Shown here one piece after another: positions 17,975 through 33,442 of a stretch of DNA of 64,000 bases; the stretch's first letter is position 1, and each line of letters starts with the position of its first letter. Where the stretch lies: the NCBI RefSeq assembly GCF_964213995.1, contig NC_135821.1, positions 4,836,001 to 4,900,000 on the forward strand, written 5' to 3'. The translations under genes were made by a program, and so were the position numbers. Source of the stretch: Mustelus asterias. Lineage: Eukaryota. Under the pieces are notes generated by a model. That model did not search any database, was not told the origin of the DNA, and saw only the letters and a list, made by a program, of their open reading frames with translations.

Positions 17975-19160
17975 CCCTGCCCCATATCCCTTGATTCCTT
18001 TCACCCCAAGTATTCACAACGTTTTGGCCTTCACTACTTTCTGTGGTAGTGAATTCCACACATTCACCACCCTCTGGGTGAAGAAATTTCTCCTCATCTC
18101 AGTCCTAAAAGGTTTTCCCCTTATCCTCAAACTATGACCCTCTAGCTCTGGACTCTTGCATCATTTGGCACCTTCTTTCTGAATCTACCCTGTTAGAATT
18201 TTGTTTCTATGAGATCCCCCTCATAACTCTGAATCTAATCCTAACTGACTTGGTCTCATGACAGATATTCTATCCCAGGAATCGGGCTGGTAAGCCTTTG
18301 CTATACTCCCTCAATTTCTCCCATGTTGAAACTTAACATTCAACCAGAAAGCATTATTGCTCTTTGGGTTTTCCAGGGATGGACTGTCAACATACTGAGG
18401 AAAAACATTGATATTTGGCTTTCGAGGAAATACTCAGTCCCTTAAAGGCCAGCTATTGAAGTCAAAAAGTATGAGTTATCGACTGTGACGCTGCTGTTGT
18501 TTTTTCCCTTGGGTCAAACTTGACTCTCCCCTTTTGTCTCTCCCTGCAGTCCTCTTTCTTTGACCGGGATGATGTTGCCCTGAGTCACTTTGCTGAGTTC
18601 TTCAAGGAGCAGTCGCATGAGGAATGGGAACATGCTGAGAAACTGATGGAATTCTAGAATAAACGTGGAGGCAGACTCATCCTGGAGGATGTCAAGGTTG
18701 GATTCTGTCCTCTTGATGCCACCTTAATTTTCTTAAATAGTTTAGTTCATTTTTCCCAGAGCATCCTTGGGTTCCTACTGCCTAGTGTTGACCTGAGAAC
18801 GGGTGCATGATGAGTTGGTGTGGCTTTGACCTTTGGATCACCCTGAATGAGTGGCTAACGCAACAACAAATGGGGTTCTGGGCTGTAAACTGGCTTAGTT
18901 TGTGGTGATTGGCTCTGGTGCAGAGAATGTGCTTTCAATTGAAATAATTTGAGAGAATGGGCTTTGATTCTAACTCTGTCACCTTTAGTTGCTGAACTGA
19001 TGTAATGGTTTCCAAGGTAATATCTGAAGTCGGGAATGGGTTAATGAACTTTGTCACACTTGAGCATTAAGACCTGAACTCTGTGATTTTGTTGAGAACA
19101 CTGCAGAGTTCATGTTTTTGTCAGAGTTCGGTGTTTTTCATGTCTGTACCAGATAAGAGG

Positions 19161-19295
19161 CCATGATGTGGAGATGCCGGCGTTGGACTGGGGTAAGCAC
19201 AGTAAGAAGTCTCACAACACCAGGTTAAAGTCCAACAGGTTTATTTGGTAGAATAAACCTGTTGGACTTTAACCTGGTGTTGTGAGACTTCTTGC
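19161..19295. mobile_element. Penelope-derived fold-back element with perfect 42-bp hairpin and 12-bp TSD
   Basis: Arms 19204-19245 and 19252-19293; TSD CCAGATAAGAGG at 19149-19160 and 19296-19307; sequence matches the terminus of the Penelope element at 33910-33999. Confidence 0.85.
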
Positions 19296-19725
19296 CCAGA
19301 TAAGAGGAACAGCTATTTTTTGCTGTCTCCACTGTTATTCAGAAATGTGATTAACCCAGCTTGAAATAAGCTAAACAGTCTCCATTTTCATGTACCTTTG
19401 TTTAACATGATGGAGTTGACAATAACCATAGATTTGTGTGTGCGTGCGTAATCCGCCCTTCACAGTTGCAGTCTGAGCTGTCTCAGTTGCTGAGTCTATA
19501 GGCACAGACCATCCGAACCTTGGATCCGCATTGCTGAATGCTTCCCAAGGGTTCTGGAGTCTGAGACCTGCTTCCCGAGTCACTCTCTCCCGGTTTAATG
19601 TAATTGTGACTTGCTACCTGTACGCACTAACCAGAATCGCCCACTTGTAATACTTTCCCCATCCACCCAGTGCAAGATGAGGGTAACTCTCACCTGGACA
19701 AGATCTTCCATGTTTGAGTTAATAG

Positions 19726-19899
<174 letters not shown>

Positions 19900-21199
19900 T
19901 GATTGGATGGGAGTGAAGTTTGATCCAATTCTGACTGTTTTTTGTGCTCCATTTCCTGTTCTGAGCTGTTGCTGTATTTGGAAATAAAAATATTTATTGT
20001 TGGACTGAATTTTTCTTTTCTTTAGTGTAATTCAGTATCTGGGTTCAAACATTTCTCTCCTGGTTTGCTCTCGTCCTGTTCAGCATGCAAAGAATTTCTG
20101 TAACTGTAATCTGCTCACTTCTCTACAAAAGAGTCCTGCTGTTCTGGACTAACAGGGACAATCTCCTTTTTAGTAGAGAAGAAACTCGCAACAATCAGGA
20201 AGGGAGTGTGCAGTTGGTCACAAGTGTTCCTCTTCACTGCTGTTACCCAGGATACAAAACTTTACCCAGGTTTCCTTTGACAAATTCAACAACCTGGTTG
20301 TAGATAAAGGCAAAAGTCAGGGTTCGACAGCAAGATGTGCAGGTTGGGGGATTGCCCAATGTAAATGTGGAGCAAGGGCCCTGAGTGCTATTGTTGGCAT
20401 TGGGGAAACACAATGGGCTGAATGACCTTCTCCATTTGTAGGATTTAATGGATGGTGGAATCCTTTAAAATGGAGTCTGGGTTACCAAGGGTGGGTCTCT
20501 CTGTGCTGACCTGTGATAGAATCAATAAATCCTGCATTGCTTTTACAGATGGCCTGGAGAAACATTCCAGAATGCTCCACTTCAGTGTGGAGAGAACTCT
20601 GGAGCAAGGTGTAGTCACTTCCAGTTGCAGACTATGAACGACCACGGGCTTCCTCATGAAGCAGTCACTCCATCTCTCTTCAAAGCAGAGGGAAAATCCA
20701 GTTCTAGAATCCTGCATTGATTCTTTCAGAAACAATGTCTTTAAAAACACCAATTCTTCCAGACTTTTTCTTCATCCTTGAAGATAAATCATTTTGTGAT
20801 TAAAATCTTCCCGACAGCCATTTGTACCCAGTCTGGCTGACATGTGACTCCAGACCCACAGCCGTGTGGCTGACTCTTAACCACCCTCTGAAATGGCCCA
20901 GCGAGCCATGGCCAACAAATACTGGCCATGCGAGGAAGCAGACACATCCCACCCAGCAGTATGTTTTTAAAAAGAGTAGACTCAGTTTTCTGATTAAAAG
21001 GGGAAAAACGCTGGTGTCTCCAGTTCTCAAATTTGGGGATGAAACTCCACATCACACTTCACACTGACTGAGCAATAGCGTTCTGTCTGACACTCATTAC
21101 AAATCCATTTTACATTCCCCCCAACTTGTCAGTTGGTTTGTAGATTCCCTGTGGCTTTGTCTGGTGCTGGTCAGCCTCTTCCAATCTATCTCCAAGGGG

Positions 21200-21545
21200 A
21201 GGCGATGGCCTAGTGGTATTATCGCTAGACTATTAATCCAGAAACTCAGCTAATGTTCTGGGGATCCGGGTTCGAATCCCACCATGGCAGATGGTGGAAT
21301 TTGAATTCAAGGCAAAAATCTGGAATTAAGAATCTACTGATGACCATGAAACCATTGTTGATTGTTGGAAAAACCCATCTGTTTCACTAATGTCCCTTTA
21401 GGGAAGGAAATCTGCCGTCCTTACCTGGTCTGGCCTACATGTGACTCCAGAGCCACAGCAATGTGGTTGACTCTCAACTAGGGAAGGGCAATAAATGCTG
21501 GCCAGCCAGCGACACCCATGTGCCACAAATGAATGAAAAAAAACA
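21200..21545 (+). mobile_element. DeuSINE-like SINE
   Basis: Same family and position as 1639-1985 in the sister unit. Confidence 0.7.
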
Positions 21546-21993
21546 TAATATTGTGTCAACACTGCAACTGTAAAGAAATTACTAAAAGGTAGTGGACTAA
21601 ACTCTTCCTAAAAAGATGGTGAAAGCAGAATCGTTGAATATTCTTAAGGCAGTGCTGGGTAGATTCTTTGTAAGCGAGGGTGTGTTAGGTTATCAGGGGT
21701 CAACGGGATGCAGCTTTGAGGTTACTAAGAGGTCAACCATGATCTTATCAAATGATGGAGCAGGCTCGAGGGGCTGAATGGTCTTCACCTGCTCCTTGTC
21801 CGTCTGTTTATATGGCAGCTACAAAAGCAAACTTAAAAAGTCTAATAGAATTTTATTCTTCATCTGAAGCGAGTTGGAAGAGAGATTCTGAAACAGCTGT
21901 ATAAAAAGCAGCTTAGACCACACCTGCAACATTGTGATCAGTTTGGATAAATTCACTTTGGAGAGAATGCAGAACAGATTCACCAGAACGATA

Positions 21994-22639
21994 TCAATGT
22001 TTTTGACAAACCAAATAAATTAATTCAGATTAGCAAGGGGATAAATTAAAAGGGGCAGCTCCCAAAAAGGAAGGGATCTGCCCAAACCAAAAGACAAAGT
22101 GGAAAGGAAACTTAAATCATCAAATTAAAATGTGACTAAAGGGGTCAATAATGCACCCCAGCCCCTGCGGTGCCCAGCGGGCACGGAAGGTGTTGACAAT
22201 GCCCTCGGACTCCGCATGCTCCCTCTCCAGTCACGCCCGATCACGAATATAGCCATGGTAGATGGGCAGACAGTTGGGTTGGACGGCCGCCTCAGTCGCC
22301 CACTGTCTGGACCCTGTCGGTGGCAAGGTTTGCCAGGCCCAGGAGCAGGTTCACGAGGAGGTCCTCCTCCTTCCCCGCCCCCCTCCGCACCGGGTGCCCG
22401 TAGATCAGGAGCGTGGGGCTGAAGAGCAAACAAAACATCAACAGAAGGTTTGTGAGGAAAATAGAGAGGGTGTGCAGCCTATCACATTGAACGTAGACAT
22501 GGTCCACGGGCTCGACAAGGTTGCAAAAAGGGAAGGTTGCTTGGGAGTCTGTGAACCCTTCTGTTGTACGGGACTGCTGTCTGCATCACCCTCCAGCCCA
22601 GATTCCCAAGATAGTGGGGGAGGATCCCTCCGCAGAGTG
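21994..22639 (-). mobile_element. Tx1-clade LINE 3' fragment (unit 4 paralog)
   Basis: Homologous to 2471-3120; TSD remnants at 21982-21993 and 22640-22651. Confidence 0.8.
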
Positions 22640-22762
22640 CCCGGAACGATACCGGCGCTAAAAGCATTAAATGATGTGGCGGTTTGAATGTCCCAATCAC
22701 TGAATAATCATCCTCACCCTCCTGTCTTCCACAGCTCTGATTGGCTCTGGGTATCACACCCC

Positions 22763-23579
22763 ACAACCTTCTGTTGATATTTTGTTTGCTCTTCAGCCCC
22801 ACGCTCCTGATCTACGGACACCCGGTGTGGAGGGGGATGGGGAAGGAGGAAGACCTCCTCGTGAACCTGCTCCTGGGCCTGGCAAGGCATGGCACCGACA
22901 GGGTCCAGACAGCGGGCGACCGAGGCGGCCGTCCAACCCAACTGTCTGCCCATCTACTGCGGCTATATTCGTGACCGGGTGTGACTGGAGAGGGAGCATG
23001 CGGTGTCCGAGGGCATTGTCAACACCTTCCGTGCCCGCTGGGCACAGCAGGGGCTGGGGTGCATTATTGACCCCTTTAATCACATTTTAATTTGATGATT
23101 TAAGTTTCCTTTCCACTTTGTCTTTTGGTTTGGGCAGATCCCTTCCTTTTTGGGAGCTGCCCCTTTTAATTTATCCCCTTGCTAATCTGAATTAATTTAT
23201 TTGGTTTGTCAAAAACATTGATATTGTTCTGGTGAATCTGTTCTGCATTCTCTCCAAAGTGAATTTATCCAAACTGATCACAATGTTGCAGATGTGGGCT
23301 AAGCTGCTTTTTATACAGCTGTTTCAGAACCTCTTTTCCAACTCGCTTCAGATGAAGAATAAAATTCTATCAGCCTTTTTAAGTTTGCTTTTGTAGCTGC
23401 CATATAAACAGACGGACAAGGAGCAGGTGAAGGCCATTCAGCCCCTCGAGCCTGCTCCATCATTTGAAAGGATCATGGTTGACCTCTTAGCAACCTCAAA
23501 TCTACATTCCTTTGACCCCTGATACCTATCACACCCTCACTTACAAAGAATCTACCCAGCACTGCCTTAAGAATATTCA
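22763..23579 (-). repeat. ~815-bp inverted duplication of 21635-22450, inserted in the copy 4 promoter
   Basis: Reverse complement aligns end to end with 21635-22450; normal promoter sequence resumes at ATTCATTGGTGCC. Confidence 0.9.
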
Positions 23580-23734
23580 TTGGTGCCTGGATTCCTGATT
23601 GGCTGTCAGGGGTTGTCAATCATCATTGGTGATGTCATTCCCATTTTGAATGCAGGATGTCCCAGTGGTATAAATACAAGAGCTTGTGAGGGCAGAGGTC
23701 AGCTTGTTGTTGTGTGACTCTTATCCTCAGTGAG

Positions 23735-26212
<2,478 letters not shown>

Positions 26213-26977
26213 CTGGGATTCTAGAACCATTGCTCCTCCTGTGAACAGAATTGAAATGTAAATTCTGCTTTCTCTGTCTGGAAATAAAACCATTCCACAA
26301 TGAATACTTGTGTAAAATTCCTTGCTGTCTAACACCAATCCTGCTTCTGAAACATGATTCATTGCTTCGCCAGTGTGGTTTGCTGACTTTAAAATCATAG
26401 GAGGCCATTTGGCCCATCAAGTCTACAATACCACAATCCAAGTGGCGCTATCTCTGTAACCCATGTATTTACCCTACTGATCCCCTGACACTAAGGGGCA
26501 ATTTACCATGGCCAATTCCCCCTAACCTGCACATCTGTGGGAGGAAACCCACACAAGGTGAATGTTGTAACTCCGCACAGATGGTCACCCAAGCTGGGAA
26601 TTGAACCCAGGTCCCTGGTACTGTAAGGTTTCAGAACTAACAGCTCTGCTATCCAATTCTGCAGCTTGGAGGCAATTTCTGAAAGTGACTTTTCTGCAAC
26701 TGTTGTGCTGCAGAGGAGGTTTCTTGTTGTTTCACCTGAAGCTGCTGGAATTTGTGGAAGATTAGAAATGGGGGAGAGGACACTGAATTGGTGCGTTTAC
26801 TCATTTGTTCCTCACCGTGAGCCAATATTTGCTTCCTATCTATGGCAACACAAAATTGTGACAAACCTTTCACTTTCCCTTGAGTTCATTTAGACTAAAA
26901 TGTACAATTTGGAATGTGTCTTCTATTTAAGTCAATGAGGGTTGACATTCTCTCAACTCTAGTTCATTAGAGGCTGG

Positions 26978-27169
26978 CCATGATGTGGCAATGTCGGTGT
27001 TGGACTGGGGTGGGCACAGTAAGAAGTCTCTCAACACCAGGTTAAAGTGCAACAGGTTTATTTGGTATCACGAGCTTTTGGAGCACTGCTCCTTTATCAC
27101 TCACCTGATGAAGGAGCAGCGCTCCGAAAGCTCATGATACCAAATCACCTGTTGGACTTTAGCTCGGTG
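26978..27169. mobile_element. Penelope pLTR inverted remnant containing a hammerhead motif
   Basis: Inverted arms ~27035-27098 and ~27106-27169; degenerate TSD at 26964-26977 and 27170-27183; empty site at ~30954-30970. Confidence 0.75.
27101..27137 (+). ncRNA. Minimal type-I hammerhead ribozyme motif (Penelope-associated)
   Basis: TCAC-CTGATGA-A-GGAGC(AGC)GCTCC-GAAA-GC-TC-ATGA; core intact, one mismatch in stem I. Confidence 0.7.
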
Positions 27170-28498
27170 TCATTCGAGGTTGGATCATTGATTTATATTC
27201 CTTGAATCCACAAGATTTGCTAGTGGAGCTGGCGAGAGAGGAGGCCATTGTAATGTCCCCTTCCCATATAGTTTAAAATCAACTTGATTATCAAACTCCA
27301 AATGGATGTTAGTTTGAGGAATTCTTTTGTTAAAAAATTCAATTGCGTTATTGGCTAAGTTCCACACAATATCAAGGGAAATGAATGAAATTTTTAGACA
27401 GGATTAGGGGATTTTGGGAGGATAGAGGGAATCAGTGTGTGTATTCCTCCTATTGACAAGATATCATCTCCCAGGGATCAGGACAGGAGGCCTGAGCTTT
27501 TCATCCCAATCAGAACCTAGATGAAGAAATAGCAATGACAGTTAGGTGCCACAGTAAATAGTGTACAGAGAAGCAAAAGGGACATTGATGGATCCAGGTG
27601 CAAAGCTGGCAGAGAGTTCAGAGTGAGGTTGTCCACTTTGGACCAAGAAAGTAAAATACTGCAGCTGCTGGAAATCTGAAATAGAAACAGGAAATGCTGG
27701 AAAAGCTCAGCAGGTCTGACAGCGTCTGTGGAGAGAGAAACAGAGTTAACATTTCGAGTCCAATGTGACTCTTCAGAACTCAACTTGCAATGTCAGCATT
27801 GAAGCTGTGTTTGCTCAATGAAGCGGAAGGAACTGAAGGAGAGCGAGGACATTATGGGGTTTTGCAACAGAAATTATTCAAAACTAGGGGACTGGCGCAC
27901 AAGTGAATGGAAAATGCTCCTAGAATTGGAGTCTTCACCTCAGTGCGGCTGGAATATAAAGGGATGGATCTTTGTCTCTCGTTGTGGAAAGTGAGTTTGA
28001 GCTGATAGTTCCACCCTGATTTGGGGTGACATCACCGTTCCTTCACTGTCGCTGGGGAAAAATTCCTGGAATTCCCTCAACACGACAGGTGGACCTACAT
28101 CACAGGGACAGCAGCGGGTTCAGGAAGGCGGCTCACCCACCACCACCTCGAGGGCAATTGGGGACGGGCAATAAACACTGGACCTCGCCAGCGACGCCCA
28201 CGTCCTTGTGAAAGAATATTTCAAACCCACATCTGGAGCAGTGGGTTCAGTTTCTTGTTATTCTCTCAGGGGGTGTGGGAGCCGCTGGCTGGGCCCGCAT
28301 TTATTCCCCATCACTAACTGCCCCTGAATTGAGTGTCTCGCTCGGCCATTTCAGAGAGCAGTTAACGATCAACCACTGTGGCTCTGGAGTCACATGTAGG
28401 CCAGACCAGGTAAGGATGGCAGATTTCCTTCCCGAAAGGGGACATGAGTGAACCAGGTAGATTTTTACCCCAATTGGAGATAGTTCCATTCTTACCAT

Positions 28499-28785
28499 GG
28501 CACGGAAGCACAGTGGTTAGCGCTGCTGCCTCACAGTGCCAGGGACCTGGGTTCAATTCCTGTCTTGGGCGGAGTTTGCACATTCGACCCGTGTCTGCGT
28601 GGGTTTCCTCCGGGTGCTCTGGTTTCCTCCCACAGTCCAAAAGACGTGTTGGTTAGGGTGCATTGGGCGTGCTAAATTCTCCCTCTGTGTACCCGAACAG
28701 GCGCCGGAGTGTGGCGACTGGGGGATTTTCACAGTAACTTCATTGCGGTGTTAATGTAAGCCTACCTGTGACGCTAATAAATAAA
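28499..28785 (+). mobile_element. V-SINE (HE1-like)
   Basis: GGCACGG..CAGTGGTTAGCGCTGCTGCCTCACAG head; GTGGGTTTCCTCCGGGTGCTCTGGTTTCCTCCCACAGTCC core. Confidence 0.8.
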
Positions 28786-29620
28786 CATTTTTAAAAATCC
28801 ATTACTGAGATCAGCTTTCAAATCCAGATTTTTGTGAATTAATGGAATTTCTAAATTCCACCGGCTGCCTGGGTGGGATTTCAATCCGTGTTGAGCTTCA
28901 GCTTCAGGGCCCCTGGATTGAAAGTCGGGTGACCTTACCGACATTGTGACCATCTCCCCACCCACCCCAATAATCTGACCTTGTAGCGGGAGCCCGGCAG
29001 CGTGAGCAGAATGCTAGAATCATCTCGCATCCCATCAGGAATAGAATGGAATAAGGGGCGATTGTCATTGAGCTATTGAGGGCCATTCATGGGGTAGAGG
29101 GAGGGAAGTGATTTCCTTGGCCGGGGAAGTCCAGGGCAGAGACAGTTTGATCTCACAATGTGAGCTGGCCTGTTATGGGGTGATGGTAAGAAGCACATCT
29201 TCACATAGAAGCTGCTGCAATCCTGGGCCTTGCTCACCCTAAATGTTGGCATGGACTTTAGCTGTTTGTTAGGCAAGGGCATGATGGGATAGGTGAGTCA
29301 ATAGTGTTGTAATGAGACCAGACATGATCTAAAGGAATGGTGGGATAGGCTTGAGGGGCTGATTGGCCTCCTCCTTTCCTGATCCTCTGAGTCATCCACA
29401 CCTGCCTGTATTCCACCGCTCTGATTGGCTTGGGATATCACACCCCACCATGATTGGTGCCTTGATTGATGGCAGATTCCTGATTGGCAGTCAGGGATTG
29501 TCAATCACCATTGGTGATGTCATTGCCAGTTTGAATGCAGGATGTCCCAGTGGTATAAATACAAAAGCTTGTGGCCAAACAGGTCAGCTTGTTTGAGTTA
29601 TCGTCTAGTGAGAGTACAAA

Positions 29621-30190
29621 ATGGCTTCCCAAGTGCATCAGAGCTACCACAAGGATGCTGTTAACAAGCAGATGGAGAAGAATGTGAACCAGAGTCTGCT
29701 GGATCCGCACAAACTCTCTTCTGGGAACACTGACCCTCATGTAAGTTGGTATTGGAATCTGCCCTTCATGGTTGCAGTCTGAGCTTTCACAGTTGCTGAG
29801 TCTATAAGTAGAGGCCATCCAAACCTTGGATCTGCATCACTGAAAGAATCCAAAAGCCTTGGGAACCAGAGACCTCTATTTCCTGAGGCACTCCCTTCCA
29901 GTTTAATGGAATTGTGACTTGCTACTTGTACACACTAACCAGAATTACCCACTTGTAATACTTTTGCCATCCACTGAGTAACTCTCTCCTGGGAAAGATC
30001 TTCCATATTTGAGTTAATGGTCACTAATGTCTCTCCTTTCCAGCTGTGTGACTTCCTGGAGACTCACTACTTGGATGAACAAGTGAAGATGATCAAGAAG
30101 CTTGGAGATCACATCACCAACCTGAAGAGACTGGGAGCCCCTGAGAATGGCATGGGAGAGTACCTGTTTGACAGGCTCACCCTCAACTGA
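29621..30190 (+). pseudogene. Ferritin-like copy 5, internally deleted; in-frame exon1/exon3 fusion predicting 88 aa (pseudogene or truncated gene)
   Basis: Fused exon 29621-29740 = [40 protein letters not shown], then GTAAGT donor; exon4 30044-30190 intact; TATA 29554; AATAAA 30261. Confidence 0.85.
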
Positions 30191-31353
30191 CTGGGATTCT
30201 GGAACCATTGCTCCTCTTGTAAACTGAATTAAAATGTAAATTCTGCTTTCTCTGTATGGAAATAAAACCATTCCACAATGAATCCTTGTGTAAAATTCCT
30301 AGCTAACACCAATCCTACTTCTGAAATGTGATTCATTGTACTTTAAAACCATAGGATCCCTGCAGTGAAGGAGGAGGCCATTTGGCCCATCAAGTCTATA
30401 CTAACCACAATCTGAGTGGCCCTATCCCTGTAACCCCATGTATTTACCCTACTGATCTCCTGGTACTAAAGGGCAATTTAGCATAGCCAATCCACCTAAC
30501 CCCCATATCTTTAGATTATGGGAGGAAAACCATGCAGCCACAAGGTGAACATGGAAACTCTCCACAAATAGTCACCCAAGGTGGCAATTGAACCCAGGTT
30601 CCTGGTGCTACAAGGCAGCAGTGCTAACCCCCTGTGCTACCTAATTCAGCAGATTTAGGGGTTTTCTGAAAGTGACATTTCTACAGCTGTCATTGTGCTG
30701 TAAAGTTTCTAACAGCTACAAGTGAAATGTCCAGAATCTGTGGCAGATTAGAAATGGGGGCAGGGCTTTGAATTGATGTGTTCACTCACTTGCTCCTCAC
30801 CTTGGGGCAGTATTTGCTTCCTATCGATGCTCGACACATCTCCACTGAACTGTGACAAAGCTTTTCCTCTCCAATTCATCTAGACCACACTGTACAATTC
30901 AGAAGATGTCTTCCATCTAAACCGATGAGGGTTGGCATTCTCTGAACTCTGGTTCATTGGAGGCTGCATCATTGATTTCATTTTCTTCAAGAGTTGCAGG
31001 GAAGGAGGCCATTGTTATTTCTCCTGGTTTCCACAAAGTTTGAAATAATCCAACTTGGTTATGTTGTGAAGGTATAACTCCGAATAGATGGCCGTTTGAG
31101 GAAAGGTTACAACAAAATCATAATTGCCTTATTCCTGAGCTCCACGCAATTATAAGGGAAAAAGAAGGAAATCTTGAGACAAGAATGTAGAATTTTGTGA
31201 AGCTTTCTACCAATAAATATCAGTGTGAGGGAATATCTATTTATGACCAAGTTCCACACACTATCAGATTTGAGAGATGATTGGAGAATTTTATTAGGAT
31301 AAAGGAGTTGGGGTGTGCATTCCTCCAATTGACAAGATGTCATCTTCCAGGGA

Positions 31354-32028
31354 TCATAGAATCCCGACAGTGCCTAAGGAGGCCATTTGGCCCATTGAGT
31401 CTGCACCAACCACAATCCCACCCAGACCCTATCCCGATGACCCCATGCATTTACCCTAGCTAATCCCCCTGACACTAAGGGGCAATTTAGCACGGCCAAT
31501 CCACCTAACCTGCACATCTTTGGACTGTGGGAGGAAACCGGAGCACCCGGAGGAAACCCACGTAGACACGGGGAGAACGTGCAGACTCCGCACTGACAGT
31601 GACCCAAGCCAGGAATCAAACCCAGGTCCCTAATAGTATACAGAGGAGCAAAAGGGTCATCGAAAGATTCAGGGACAAAGCTGGCAGAGAGATCAGAGTG
31701 AGACTGTCCACTTTGAAGTAAAGTTAAAAGTTTATTTATTAGTCAAAGTCGGCCTACATTCACACTGCAATGAAGTTACCGTGAAAATCCCCTAGTTGCC
31801 ACACTCCGGTGCCTGTTCGGGAACACTGAGGGAGAATTTAGCACGGCCAATTCACTTGACCTGCACATTTTCGGACTGTGGGAGGAAACCGGAGCTCCCG
31901 GAGGAAACCCACGCAGACACAAGAAGAACGTGCATGGGGATCCGCACAGACAATGACCCAAGCCGGGAATCGAACCCGGGTCCCTGGCGTTGCGAGGCAG
32001 CAGTATTAACCATTGTGCCACCGTGCCG
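31354..32028 (-). mobile_element. Two adjacent V-SINEs (31354-31630, 31733-32028)
   Basis: Reverse-complement V-domain cores and tRNA heads. Confidence 0.75.
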
Positions 32029-33442
32029 AAACCAAGAAAGTAAAATACTACAGCTGCTGGAAATCTGAAATAGAAACAGGAAAAGCTGGAAAAGTTCAGC
32101 AGGTCTGACAGCGTCTGTGGAGAGAGGAACAGAGTTAACGTTCAGGGACAAAAGTGGGGAAATATGCTTGGAGCCCAAAGAAGTAGGGGAGATCCTAAAT
32201 GAATACTTTGCGTCGGTATTCACAAAGGAGAGGGATGTGTTGACTGGGAGTGTCTCGGAGGGGAGTGTTGAACCGTTGGAGAAAATCTCCATTACAAGGG
32301 AGGAAGTGTTAGGTTTGTTAGAGAATATAAAGACTGACAAATCCCCAGGGCCTGATGGAATCTATCCAAGGCTGCTCCGTTTGACAAAGTCCCTCATGGT
32401 AGGCTGGTGAAAAAGGTTGGATCTCATGGGATAAAGGGGGAGGTGGCTAGATGGGTGGAGAACTGGCTTGGTCACAGAAGACAGAGGGTGGTAGTGGAAG
32501 GGTCTTTTTCCGGCTGGAGGCCTGTGACTAGTGGTGTTCCGCAGGGCTCTGTATTGGGACCTCTGCTGTTTGTGATTTATATAAACGACCTGGAAGAAGG
32601 TGTAACTGGGGTGATCAGTAAGTTTGCAGACGACACAAAATTGACAGGACTTGCAGATAGTGAGGTGTGATAAGGGATAGGATCTACAAATATTTGGATA
32701 GACAGGGACTTATTAGGGAGAGTCAACATGGCTTTGTGCGTGGTAGGTCATGTTTGGCCAATCTATTAGAGTTTTTCGAGGAGGTTACCAGGAAAGTGGA
32801 TGAAGGGAAGGCGGTGGATGTTGTCTACCTGGATTTCAGCAAGGCCTTTGACAAGGTCCCTCATGAGAGGTTAGTTAGGAAGGTTCAGTCGCTAGGTATA
32901 CATGGGGAGGTAGTAAATTGGATAAGACACTGGCTCAATGGAAGAAGCCAGAGAGTGGTTGTGGAGGATTGCTTCTCTGAGTGGAGGCCTGTGACTAGTG
33001 GTGTGCCGCAGGGATCGGTGTTGGGTCCATTGTTGTTTGTCATCTATATCAATGATCTGGATGATAATGTGGTCAATTGGATCAGCAAGTTTGCTGATGA
33101 TACAAAGATTGGAGGTGTAGTGGACAGTGAGGAAGGTTTTCAAAGCTTGCAGAGGGATTTGGACCAAATAGAAAAATGGGCTGAAAAATGGCAAATGGAA
33201 TTTAACGCAGACAAGTGTGAGATATTGCACTTTGGAAGGACAAACCAAAGAAGAACGTACAGGGTAAATGGTAGGACTCTGAAGAGTGCAGTTGAACAGA
33301 GGGATCTGGGAATACAGGTACAGAATTCCCTAAAAGTGACGTCACAGGTGGATAGGGTCGTAAAGAGTGCCTTTGGTACATTGGCCTTTATAAATCGGAG
33401 TATCGAGTATAAAAGTTGGAGTGTTATGGTAAGGTTATATAA

